From a virus, in IMG/VR virus record IMGVR_UViG_3300027733_000049, positions 10,239 through 74,238 of that record: a DNA stretch of 64,000 nucleotides; one strand, given 5' to 3'. The first letter of the stretch is position 1. Each line of letters opens with the position of its first letter. This document shows, in pieces, positions 9,984 through 19,328 of the stretch. A program made the translations under genes and the position numbers. Below the pieces are notes generated by a model. That model was not told the origin of the DNA. It worked only from the letters and a program-made list of their open reading frames with translations, and searched no databases.

Positions 9984-10384
9984 ATATTGAGCGTGTAGAC
10001 GTTGCGCATGTCCATCATGTGTGGCCTTTGGTAGAGGGGCATATCTTCTCCGCCCTTGAGCATTCAAAAGGCGACTACACGCTGGATCAGGTTAAAACGC
10101 TAGTAGCCCTAGGTAACTGGACGCTATTGGTTGCTGTAGATGATAATGGCGTACATGGTGCGGCAACAGTTGATTTTTTTAATCGGCCCAATGACCGTAT
10201 AGCATTTATTACAGCCATAGGTGGGCATTTAGTATCTAGTCCTGATTCAGTTGAGCAACTTAAAAAACTGCTTGGATCTTTTGGGGCTACATGTATAGAA
10301 GGTGCGGCAAGAGAATCGATTGCACGTTTATGGTCAAGGTACGGCTTTGAAGAGAAGTACCGAATTGTAGGAGTAAAAATATGA
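9980..10384 (+). CDS. small virion-associated protein, possibly GNAT-like
   Basis: ATGA-coupled between ejection genes; C-terminal ARLWSRYGF resembles the GNAT end motif. Confidence 0.5.
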   Translation: MNIERVDVAHVHHVWPLVEGHIFSALEHSKGDYTLDQVKTLVALGNWTLLVAVDDNGVHGAATVDFFNRPNDRIAFITAIGGHLVSSPDSVEQLKKLLGSFGATCIEGAARESIARLWSRYGFEEKYRIVGVKI

Positions 10385-12507
10385 GCGGTGGCGGAAGCAG
10401 CAGTGGGACATCCACGCAAATACAAGACGTACCAGATTGGGCAAAACCGTATGCTAAGACTGCGCTAGGGCAGGCATCCCAATTAACGGATATTACTAAG
10501 AACCCGTACCAGTCGTATACGGGTGATCGTACTGCGCAGTTTACGCCTTTGCAGCAACAGTCCTACCAAGGTGCTGCGGCTATGCAGGCTGGCCCGCAAG
10601 CGTTTCAATCGCAAGTTGGTCAGTACATGTCTCCGTACATGCAACAAGTTGTGGAACGTCAACAACAAGATGCTACACGCCAAGCTGGTATTGCAGAACA
10701 AGCTCAGAAAGCTCAAGCTGCTCGTATGGGTGCGTTTGGTGGTAGCGGTGACTATTTAGCTCGTGGTCAAGCTGCGTCTGCTTTGGCTCGCCAAAAGGGT
10801 GATATTCAAGCCCAAGGATTACAAGCGGCTTTTGGTAACGCAACCAACCAGTACAACCAAGGTCAAAGCCAAAACATGGCGATTAACCAGTTGCAAAATC
10901 AATATGGTGGTCAGCAACAGCAACAAGTACAGAACATTCTTAGTCAGCAACAGCAAGACTTCCAAGACCAGAAGCGTTATCCATATCAGCAATTAGAGTT
11001 TATGTCTGGTTTGATGCGTGGCACGCCCATGGGTACTGTGTCCTCAATGTATCAAGCTCCCGGTAGTGCGTTAGGCCAAGTTGCAGGTCTAGGCATGGGT
11101 GCATATGGACTATCCCAGATGGGTATGAAGTTTGCCGATGGGGGCGCTGTTGGTTATGCGGGTGGTGGTTATGCTGATGGTGGGAGCGTTGACCACCCAG
11201 ATAATGTTGCCTCTATTGTTCATACATTAAGTGATTTGCAACTTGCACATGCTGAACAGGCCGCAAAAGCCCGAGGTGATGTCGAACAGTTAGATGCAAT
11301 TGAAAAAGAAAAAGCTATGCGTGCGTCTGAACGTGGCGGCATGGCAGGCGCATTTAACAGCCTTCCCGAGGAACAGCAAGAGCATATGTTGGCGGGTGGT
11401 GGTATGGCGGTTGCCTTTAAAAAAGGCGGTGATGAAGGTGAAAATACATACTTTCAAGACCCTATGGGTGCGCCATCTGTTTCTGAAGGTCGTGCGCCAA
11501 GCGCGGCAGACTTTGTACCTGACTTTCGTCAAAACGTAACAGAAGGTGAGTCATACACCCCCGGCCTACGTGGGATGTTGTTTGGCTACGATGTGAAAAA
11601 ACCCGCACCAAAAGAAGAGAAGCCTAAAGAAACACCGTACGATCCAAGCACTGCTACACGTCGTTCGGACTTTGACGGTAAGAAACAGCAAATTAGTCCC
11701 GTTGTCAAACGCGGAATTTCTGAACTTGCGGCCTCACGTGGTCTGTCAGAAGACGACCTGATGGAGTCCACCAAAAAAATGATGGCGTACTTTGATTCTC
11801 GTAGCAAGCCAGAGATGGACAAGCTACAAGCCATGATTGACCAAGGTGCGGGTGAGTCAAAAGAAATTAAAGAACAGGCGCTTGGTAGAGCACTTGCTAA
11901 ATATGGTTTTGACTGGGCGGCTAAAGCATCTCAGCCCGGGGCACGTTTCCTTGGTAGTGCTTCCGCCGCCGCTCCATCTATTGCAGAGTCTGTAGCTGAA
12001 AGCCAAAAGCTTGAACAAGCCGCTAAACAAAATCAACTCAAGCTTAATATGTCTATGCAACAGTTTCGTATTGCACAGAGCAAGGGCGATGAGCGTGCAG
12101 CTATGTCTTGGGCACAGCAAGTACGTCAGTTAAAACAATTTGACCAACAGATCGATCTTAAACGTCAAGAACTTGGCATCCATGCGGCTGGTATTTCTCA
12201 AAAGAATCAGCAGTTCAATGCCATGATGGGCGCACGTATGGCGTCTGCTGGGGCACAAAATAAACAAGCTCAAGCACGCTTGGCTAAAGTTGGTACTGAC
12301 GCCGCGTTTAAATACGATGAGTCAAACCGTCGTATTAAAGATGAGTTGATTAAACAACACGGTCCTGTTGCAGGCGAAGCTCTGTACAGGCAGGGTCGAA
12401 AGAATTATATTAATGAGGCAATGCAGTCCACTTCTGACTCTATGTTAGACAGCCGTGGTAGCGAAGGTAGTAGCGCTCGTAATGTATTTGATCTGTTGGA
12501 AGACTAA
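10381..12507 (+). CDS. ejected/internal virion protein (DNA transfer)
   Basis: MSGGG..T.Q.PDW..PY, YMSPY, GAFGGS, Q-rich coiled coil, YPYQQL; several xxGG motifs. Confidence 0.7.
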   Translation: MSGGGSSSGTSTQIQDVPDWAKPYAKTALGQASQLTDITKNPYQSYTGDRTAQFTPLQQQSYQGAAAMQAGPQAFQSQVGQYMSPYMQQVVERQQQDATRQAGIAEQAQKAQAARMGAFGGSGDYLARGQAASALARQKGDIQAQGLQAAFGNATNQYNQGQSQNMAINQLQNQYGGQQQQQVQNILSQQQQDFQDQKRYPYQQLEFMSGLMRGTPMGTVSSMYQAPGSALGQVAGLGMGAYGLSQMGMKFADGGAVGYAGGGYADGGSVDHPDNVASIVHTLSDLQLAHAEQAAKARGDVEQLDAIEKEKAMRASERGGMAGAFNSLPEEQQEHMLAGGGMAVAFKKGGDEGENTYFQDPMGAPSVSEGRAPSAADFVPDFRQNVTEGESYTPGLRGMLFGYDVKKPAPKEEKPKETPYDPSTATRRSDFDGKKQQISPVVKRGISELAASRGLSEDDLMESTKKMMAYFDSRSKPEMDKLQAMIDQGAGESKEIKEQALGRALAKYGFDWAAKASQPGARFLGSASAAAPSIAESVAESQKLEQAAKQNQLKLNMSMQQFRIAQSKGDERAAMSWAQQVRQLKQFDQQIDLKRQELGIHAAGISQKNQQFNAMMGARMASAGAQNKQAQARLAKVGTDAAFKYDESNRRIKDELIKQHGPVAGEALYRQGRKNYINEAMQSTSDSMLDSRGSEGSSARNVFDLLED

Positions 12508-12509
12508 AC

Positions 12510-15500
12510 ATGATTATCAATCTGCCCAAACTTGGGGACGTTGAGTTTCCAGATAATGTCACGCCCGAACAGTTAAATGGGTTGTTGGGCAAATTGTCTG
12601 AAAAATATGATTTCCGTTTACCAAAGCCAGAAGCAAGTTTAGGTACGATTGCAAAGCGTGGTGTGATGCGTTCTTTGGGAGAAACAGGTATCGCGTTTGG
12701 CGATCTGGCTCCCGCAATGCTCAACGAGTTTGTTGGTGGTGATAAAGAATATACGCAGCGCCAGATGGGTGAAGCGCAAGCTTCCCGTGAAGAACTTCAA
12801 CGTAAGTACCCCACACGGTTTAAATCTTACAAAAACATTGACAGCCCATTTGAAGCAATTGAATACGGTGCTGAAACTTTAGGCGAGCTAATCCCCACTG
12901 CCGCTACTACCATGATCCCCGGTGCAGGTGCAGGTGTTGTAGGTGGCAGAATGGCGGCAGGCAATGTAATGCGTTCTGCCTTGCAAGCTGGCCCACTATC
13001 CCGTGCGGGTATGGCTACGGCACAAACTGCCGCCAAAGAAGCCGGTCAAGTTGCAGGTCGCCGTGCTATGTATGCAGGCAACTACATGGGTTCATTTGCG
13101 CAAAACGCCCCTGAAGTCTTTGAAGGTATTTACCAAGAAACTGGCAAGTTTGAACCGGGGATTGCCGCCCTTGCAGGTGGTATTAGTTCTGTGTTGGACT
13201 CTATTGTCCCAACTAAAGTCATGGATCAACTTGGCACATATGGCAAATTAAAGCTCGTTGAGAAGTTGGCTAAAGAATCGGGTGCGGCCCCCAATGTGTG
13301 GAAGCGTATTGGCATCGATGCCGCTAAGACTGCGGCTACGGAAGGCTTAACTGAGTCTGCACAAGAATCAATTGGTGCATATGCAGAACAAGTCGCAGGC
13401 AGTGCCAAGGGCATACTAGATCCCGAGAACATCCAACGCTACAAAGAATCATTTGTTAAAGGTGCTATTGGTGGTTCAGCTTTTGCCGTGCCTCAAGCTG
13501 TGTCTCAGTACCGCACAATTAAACGTGATCAGTTTGCAACTAAAGAAGCACAAGATGCTTTGGCACAGCAAGATCAACTTGCAAAACAGCAGGCTCAACA
13601 GCCAACAGCTATGCAACAACAAGTGATGAAAGCCGCGCAGCCCCAGCCCGGTGTTCCTCGCACACAGGAAGAACTTGAGGAAGCTTTTAGATACACGCAA
13701 GAAGAGTTGGGCATCTTACAGAAGCGTATGGATGAGTCACGTCCCGGCTCACCAGCTTATGCAGAATTGGATGCCGCAATCAAAGCTAAACAAGTTGAAG
13801 CAGATAAGATCAGCCAAGAGAAAGCCAAAACCAGTGTGTTTGCTGCCGCCAAACCAAATGAACAAGGTTTGTATCCCGCACAACAACCGGTTGATGTCAA
13901 CACAGTTAAGTCATTAGGTGTTAACCCTACATCTAAAGCTGCTCAATCATTAATGGGGCTTGACTTAAACACACCTGAAGGTGTGACTACGTTTGTACAA
14001 ACACTTGAAGATCCGGGCTACAAGGGTAGTATTAATGAAGCCGCATACAACAGCCTCGTATCTACATTTGACCCCGCCACAGTTGCGACGGCTAGAGAAA
14101 GCCTCAAAGGAGCGCCCAATGTTGCAAGACCTAACGCCCCAACAGGTGGAACAAGCACTAAGGTGGCTAGCCAGCCCAGTGGTGGACAGCCCACCGCAGG
14201 AGCTACTACATCTAAACGAGATGGAATGGTTTCTACTGGACAGAATGTTGACAACACTGTTGGTGGAGAAGGACAGCCAACCACTCCAGTAGCCACATTC
14301 CAGACATCTAAGGGCAGTACCTACATTGTTGGTACAGATGGTAAAACAAGTCGTACCAAACTCTCCCCCGGAAAAGGACAAGGAGAGACATACGAGCCAC
14401 ACACTGCCTTGTTTGTAAACCCCGGTGACCATACTGAAATCTTAAGTGACATGCAAGGTGGTATGGGCGACCACTCTGTCCGTTTGGGTTATATGGCAAA
14501 CGGCAAGTTTGTTCAAATACAGAGCATTTCTGAAATACCTGATGGTGCAGAACCTAAAGTTGGAGTGTTTAATAAGAAGACTGGCGCAACTGTTGGGATG
14601 TACGGTGCCGCAACTGCACCTGCAATGGGGTTGCATCCAGTTGAAAAGTTGTACAAAACTGATGGTACTGCATCGACCCACGTTGGCAATTCAATTACTA
14701 AGATTGATAAAGCAGTTGCAGAGGAAAGCCAAGAGCTAGACCCGCTTTTTGAATATGCGGTGTCTTTGATCCAAACAGGTGTTGAACCTACGCCTAGCGC
14801 CCTTGCAAAAGAACTTGATATTGATCAAGAACGTGCTTTGGAAATCTTGGCGCAGATGGATTCTGAAGGTATGTTTGACGAGATTGCTAAACAAAATGCA
14901 ATTGAGGTGGGCAAACGTAAACCACCACCCAAACAACCACCTGTAGGTACAGTTAAGACAATTAACATCCCGCAAGAAGAAGTGGTGACTGAAGTTGATA
15001 AAACCAACGCTTCTGATAAAGAAAAAGTCAAAGCGCTTGCTGATTCAAAGAGTAAAACTCCCAAGGAAAAAGACGCCCGTGCATATTTTGGGCGGTTAGA
15101 ACTTGGTTTAGCGCTTCGCACTATTGCCAATGACTTGGTACTTCAGCCTACGAGATACCGCAACTCATTGATGACGAGCCTTAAAGACAGCCCCGAAGGT
15201 GCGGAACCACTTTTTAAAGATGAAGCAGAAGCTAAACTGCATCGTGGTCAGGGTGGTGTACATACCCGTAACGCATCTGAGTGGGTGCGTGAAAACCTGT
15301 CGCCTAAGAATGTTGCCTACATGGATAAGTGGGTTGCGCAATATACAAAAGAAGACCAACGTGCACAACGGTTTTCAAAGAAGTTTGAAAAACAACAAGA
15401 ACAAAGAGCCAACGTAGAAACGCAGGTTAAAGAAGAATCTCAAGCCGCTAAAAAGCAAGGCGAGTATGTGCCTACCGCAGAAGAAGCCGCAGAAGCCGCC

Positions 15501-18500
15501 GCCACAGAGACTTTGGTAGAAAAGGGCAAGAAGAACCTACAAACTCTTGCATACGAGTTAGAGAATGACTTGTATGGCAGTGACGAAGATTTGCTTGCCT
15601 CCAAAGATATTGCCGCGCTGTTCAACCAAGCGCACCCCGTTGTGCTTGACCTACTTGCTCGCGGTCAACTGACCCGTGCCCTGCAATCGCTGTCGGATAC
15701 TGCCTCATCAGAGTTTGTTCGTAGAACTGCGGAAACTTTGTCCAAGGTTACTGGCACTACCAAACTTGTGTATGGCGCAAAGGAGTCTAGGTTTGACCCT
15801 GCGACTAACACCGTTTATCTACGTGATAGTGCGACCGACTACGAAATTTTGCATGAGATGTCCCATGCCGGTTTGTCCCACATAATCTCCAACCCATCGC
15901 ATCCAGTTACAAAACAACTGGGTCAAATCTTTGCGCAAATCAAAGGTGATATTGATGGTGCATATGGTGCAAAGAACTTACAAGAATTTGTAGCAGAAGC
16001 TTGGAGTAACGAAGACTTCAGGGGCCACTTAAAAGAAAAGTACGCTCCCGGCAACAAGTTGTCTGTTTGGGACAAGATCATGAACGTCCTACGTCGCATG
16101 ATTGGTTACCCTCCCAAGACACAGGAGTCTGTGCTTGATAGCGTTGATCGCATGTTGAACCAAATTGCCAGTGTTGCGCCCGACATGCGTAAGGGAGATT
16201 CTCTGTATGCACAAGCTATGCAACACCCCAACTTGGCTCAAAAAGTTATGGGGAAAGTGGACGACGTAATCCAGCAGCAGCAGGTTATGACTCCAGAGCG
16301 TGCCGCTGAATGGGTGGGTAAAGCTGAAAACATGGGCATCAGTTTCCGTTCTGCCATGCAAAGGTTCTTAAACCTCTCAGCGCTAGGGCAAGTGGGTAGT
16401 AACTACGTTGGACGTGATGCAATTACGTTTTCCGATAAGGTCAACGAGATGGCGGGTTACTACGAAAACTTGATGAACAAACTCAAGCCTCTGGTTGACC
16501 GTGAAGAAGCATTTGCTAAGACTGACCGTTATCAATTTTGGTCTACCCTTGTGAACGACTCTACTGTGGAGGATGTAAATCCTACCGCACCACGCAAAAA
16601 CTATGAAGGTTCTCCAGAGAAGCTGGCCGCATGGGATCAGTTGAACAGACGCTACAACACGTTGACCGATACAGAAAAGAAACTGTACAACGATCACTTC
16701 AGTGCGTTCAAGGAAATGTTCAAAGAACTGAAAGCTTCTATTAGAGGCAGTCTGAACCAGACTTTCCGCAACGAAGATGGATCACCTGATGATGCCCGTA
16801 TATCGTCTGCCTATGAAAAGATCATGGACAAGATTACAAAGATGGGCATCGATCACTACTCACCTTTGTATCGTCATGGCTCGTTTTGGCTAGTCTACAC
16901 AGACAAGAATACCAATGAGTCTGTATCAAAACTGTTTGAAAGCCAAGCAGAACGAAGACTTGAACGTAATAAGTTGGAAACCGAGGGGCATACTGGCTTT
17001 GATGAGCCTGTGCGTATGGATCAGATGAAATCCAAATCTGTTCCACGTGGAACAGTTGCCGCAGATATTGTGAAGATCATGAAAGACGGTAACGCGGATG
17101 AGAAGGCTATCGATGCCTTCTATCAACTTATTGTCAGTGCCCTGCCAGAGACCAGCGTGCTCAAGTCGTTTCAAAAACGTAAGAACACCCCCGGCTACAT
17201 AGATGATGCGGCACTGGCGTTTACCAACGTCACAAGCAACATGGCACGTCAGTTGTCCCGCATGAAGTACAACGAAGAACTCAAAGGCTTGGTTGATAAG
17301 ATGCGTACGACTGTGGGTCAAAGTCGTGGCAAGGATGCCTTGCGTGGTGCTGAAGTTGTAAAAGAACTAGAAGCACGTCGTGAGTTTGCGATGAACCCCA
17401 CCCTGTCTGACATATCACGCTATGCAAGTGGGGGGGCTTTTTACTTTAACTTGGCAGGTAACATTTCATCTGCTGTGGTCAACTTAGTACAAACCCCAAT
17501 GGCGACTTACCCTCAACTTGGTGGTGAGTATGGCTACTTAGAGGCAGGTAGGGCATTGATTGCGGCTACCAAATTGTATGGATCATCAGGGTTATCCCGT
17601 ATAGTCACTGACATAAATGGTCAGCAGTCCACAGAAAAAGCCATGTTGTCTGTTGAAAACCTTGTCAATGCAGGTAAAGCCCCGCAGTACAAAGAACTTG
17701 TAAAACGTCTGAATGAATTGGGCTTCTTACAAAATACAACAATGCGTGAGGCGTTGGAAGCAAGCAACCGTGGCGAAATCAACAAGGGTAAGTCTTCGGA
17801 TCTAATGAACGATGTTACCCAAAAGGCTACGTTCCTGTTCCACCATGCCGAGCGTGCCAACCGTGAAGTCTCTGCAATCGCTACGTACGACTTAGAAATG
17901 CAGAAGCTGAAAAACAACAAGCAGATGAACGATGAGCAAAAGCAGGCTCAAGCAATTGAAAAAGCAGTGCGTATGTTGGAATTCACGCACGGTGCAAGTC
18001 ACACAGAATCTGCCCCCAGTATTGGTCACTCCGACATTGGTAAGATTTTGACAGTGTTCAAGCGTTTTGGTTTCACCATGTATTACATGTTGTTTGACAC
18101 AATCCGCAGATCACTTCCAATAGCAGGTGCTACTGGTAAAGAACTTGAGGGTATTCAAGCGGCTCGTCGCCAACTGATTGGCACATACGGCATGGCAGGG
18201 ATCTTTGCAGGTGCTAAAGGTTTGCCCTTGTATTGGGTTGCTGAGTTGGCATACAACGCATTGAACGATGACGACGAAGATGACTTTGATGCTGTCATGC
18301 GTAAATATCTTGGTGAGCTTGCGTTTAAAGGACCTGTTAATTACTTTACTAACTTAGGCATTGCAGATCGCGTGGGTTGGACTGACCTAATCTACCGTGA
18401 AAACAAAGGTGATAAAGCCGATGCAAGTGCCTTGAGCCAATTTGTAGAGAGCGTGTTGGGTGCGCCATACTCTGTGGTTAATAGCTTGTATCGTGCCAAA

Positions 18501-18995
18501 CAACTAGCATCTGAAGGGCATACAGAGCGTGCAGTTGAAGCGGCACTGCCCATTGGTCTGCGTAACATCCTCAAAGGTGGACGCTATGCCGTTGAAGGTG
18601 CAAATACATTACGTGGTGACCCAGTGATGGGTGAGATCAACGGATACAACGCCGCCATGCAAGTTATGGGATTTGCCCCTGCTGACTTGATGGCACAGTA
18701 CGAAGAAAACGCCTACGCCAAGAAAAAGGGCGACACCATTAGCGGTATGGAGAAGAAGTACCTCAAACAGTATTACGTTGCTGACCGCATGGGAGACTAT
18801 GAACGTGCTGATGAGTTGCGTCAGAAGTTGTATGACTTAGGTGACAAGTACCCTGAGTTGAAAATTACTGAATCCACGATTACAAAGTCTGTTAAAAATC
18901 GGGATCGCATCTCAGAGGATATGTATCACGGGGTGCAGTTGAATAAGAAGCTACGCCCAATTATTGAACGTGATATTGCAGAACTGCGTGACTGA
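12510..18995 (+). CDS. giant polyvalent internal virion protein (FtsK-gamma-like wHTH, zincin metallopeptidase)
   Basis: 2161 aa; DPLFEYAV...RALEILAQMDSEG; ILHEMSH...EFVAEAWSN; last gene of the late arm. Confidence 0.75.
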   Translation: MIINLPKLGDVEFPDNVTPEQLNGLLGKLSEKYDFRLPKPEASLGTIAKRGVMRSLGETGIAFGDLAPAMLNEFVGGDKEYTQRQMGEAQASREELQRKYPTRFKSYKNIDSPFEAIEYGAETLGELIPTAATTMIPGAGAGVVGGRMAAGNVMRSALQAGPLSRAGMATAQTAAKEAGQVAGRRAMYAGNYMGSFAQNAPEVFEGIYQETGKFEPGIAALAGGISSVLDSIVPTKVMDQLGTYGKLKLVEKLAKESGAAPNVWKRIGIDAAKTAATEGLTESAQESIGAYAEQVAGSAKGILDPENIQRYKESFVKGAIGGSAFAVPQAVSQYRTIKRDQFATKEAQDALAQQDQLAKQQAQQPTAMQQQVMKAAQPQPGVPRTQEELEEAFRYTQEELGILQKRMDESRPGSPAYAELDAAIKAKQVEADKISQEKAKTSVFAAAKPNEQGLYPAQQPVDVNTVKSLGVNPTSKAAQSLMGLDLNTPEGVTTFVQTLEDPGYKGSINEAAYNSLVSTFDPATVATARESLKGAPNVARPNAPTGGTSTKVASQPSGGQPTAGATTSKRDGMVSTGQNVDNTVGGEGQPTTPVATFQTSKGSTYIVGTDGKTSRTKLSPGKGQGETYEPHTALFVNPGDHTEILSDMQGGMGDHSVRLGYMANGKFVQIQSISEIPDGAEPKVGVFNKKTGATVGMYGAATAPAMGLHPVEKLYKTDGTASTHVGNSITKIDKAVAEESQELDPLFEYAVSLIQTGVEPTPSALAKELDIDQERALEILAQMDSEGMFDEIAKQNAIEVGKRKPPPKQPPVGTVKTINIPQEEVVTEVDKTNASDKEKVKALADSKSKTPKEKDARAYFGRLELGLALRTIANDLVLQPTRYRNSLMTSLKDSPEGAEPLFKDEAEAKLHRGQGGVHTRNASEWVRENLSPKNVAYMDKWVAQYTKEDQRAQRFSKKFEKQQEQRANVETQVKEESQAAKKQGEYVPTAEEAAEAAATETLVEKGKKNLQTLAYELENDLYGSDEDLLASKDIAALFNQAHPVVLDLLARGQLTRALQSLSDTASSEFVRRTAETLSKVTGTTKLVYGAKESRFDPATNTVYLRDSATDYEILHEMSHAGLSHIISNPSHPVTKQLGQIFAQIKGDIDGAYGAKNLQEFVAEAWSNEDFRGHLKEKYAPGNKLSVWDKIMNVLRRMIGYPPKTQESVLDSVDRMLNQIASVAPDMRKGDSLYAQAMQHPNLAQKVMGKVDDVIQQQQVMTPERAAEWVGKAENMGISFRSAMQRFLNLSALGQVGSNYVGRDAITFSDKVNEMAGYYENLMNKLKPLVDREEAFAKTDRYQFWSTLVNDSTVEDVNPTAPRKNYEGSPEKLAAWDQLNRRYNTLTDTEKKLYNDHFSAFKEMFKELKASIRGSLNQTFRNEDGSPDDARISSAYEKIMDKITKMGIDHYSPLYRHGSFWLVYTDKNTNESVSKLFESQAERRLERNKLETEGHTGFDEPVRMDQMKSKSVPRGTVAADIVKIMKDGNADEKAIDAFYQLIVSALPETSVLKSFQKRKNTPGYIDDAALAFTNVTSNMARQLSRMKYNEELKGLVDKMRTTVGQSRGKDALRGAEVVKELEARREFAMNPTLSDISRYASGGAFYFNLAGNISSAVVNLVQTPMATYPQLGGEYGYLEAGRALIAATKLYGSSGLSRIVTDINGQQSTEKAMLSVENLVNAGKAPQYKELVKRLNELGFLQNTTMREALEASNRGEINKGKSSDLMNDVTQKATFLFHHAERANREVSAIATYDLEMQKLKNNKQMNDEQKQAQAIEKAVRMLEFTHGASHTESAPSIGHSDIGKILTVFKRFGFTMYYMLFDTIRRSLPIAGATGKELEGIQAARRQLIGTYGMAGIFAGAKGLPLYWVAELAYNALNDDDEDDFDAVMRKYLGELAFKGPVNYFTNLGIADRVGWTDLIYRENKGDKADASALSQFVESVLGAPYSVVNSLYRAKQLASEGHTERAVEAALPIGLRNILKGGRYAVEGANTLRGDPVMGEINGYNAAMQVMGFAPADLMAQYEENAYAKKKGDTISGMEKKYLKQYYVADRMGDYERADELRQKLYDLGDKYPELKITESTITKSVKNRDRISEDMYHGVQLNKKLRPIIERDIAELRD

Positions 18996-18998
18996 ATG

Positions 18999-19030
18999 AA
19001 AAAACCCTCCGGTTTTTAGCCGGAGGGAAA
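18999..19030. terminator. intrinsic terminator between the convergent arms
   Basis: CCCTCCGG-TTTTTAG-CCGGAGGG (19005-19027), preceded by A6 (U-tail on the - strand). Confidence 0.8.
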
Positions 19031-19094
19031 GATCAGGAAGATCAGCAACTGGAAGGAGAGGAGATCAAGTTGCTAGGCGAACTCTATCACATGA

Positions 19095-19328
19095 TCATCC
19101 AATGCGCCAGACTCTCACACCCTGTGTGCCGTTTTCCAAACAAAAGCGTGACTTGACAGTCATATTTCGCTTTCGTGCTTCTTGCTTTATATCCTCTGCC
19201 AACTTTTCAGGGTCTAGCGTCGGGATATAAAACGAACTACCAATTATAAACTTGTGCCATTCTATAATAACTGGCACACCGCTATTGTGGATCATCTGAT
19301 GGTGATGGTGGTGTATCTTCCGGATCAA
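19095..19328 (-). CDS. hypothetical protein
   Basis: Short ORF downstream of primase, ending GVRVWRIG; true start uncertain. Confidence 0.6.
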   Translation of the reverse strand: MIRKIHHHHHQMIHNSGVPVIIEWHKFIIGSSFYIPTLDPEKLAEDIKQEARKRNMTVKSRFCLENGTQGVRVWRIG

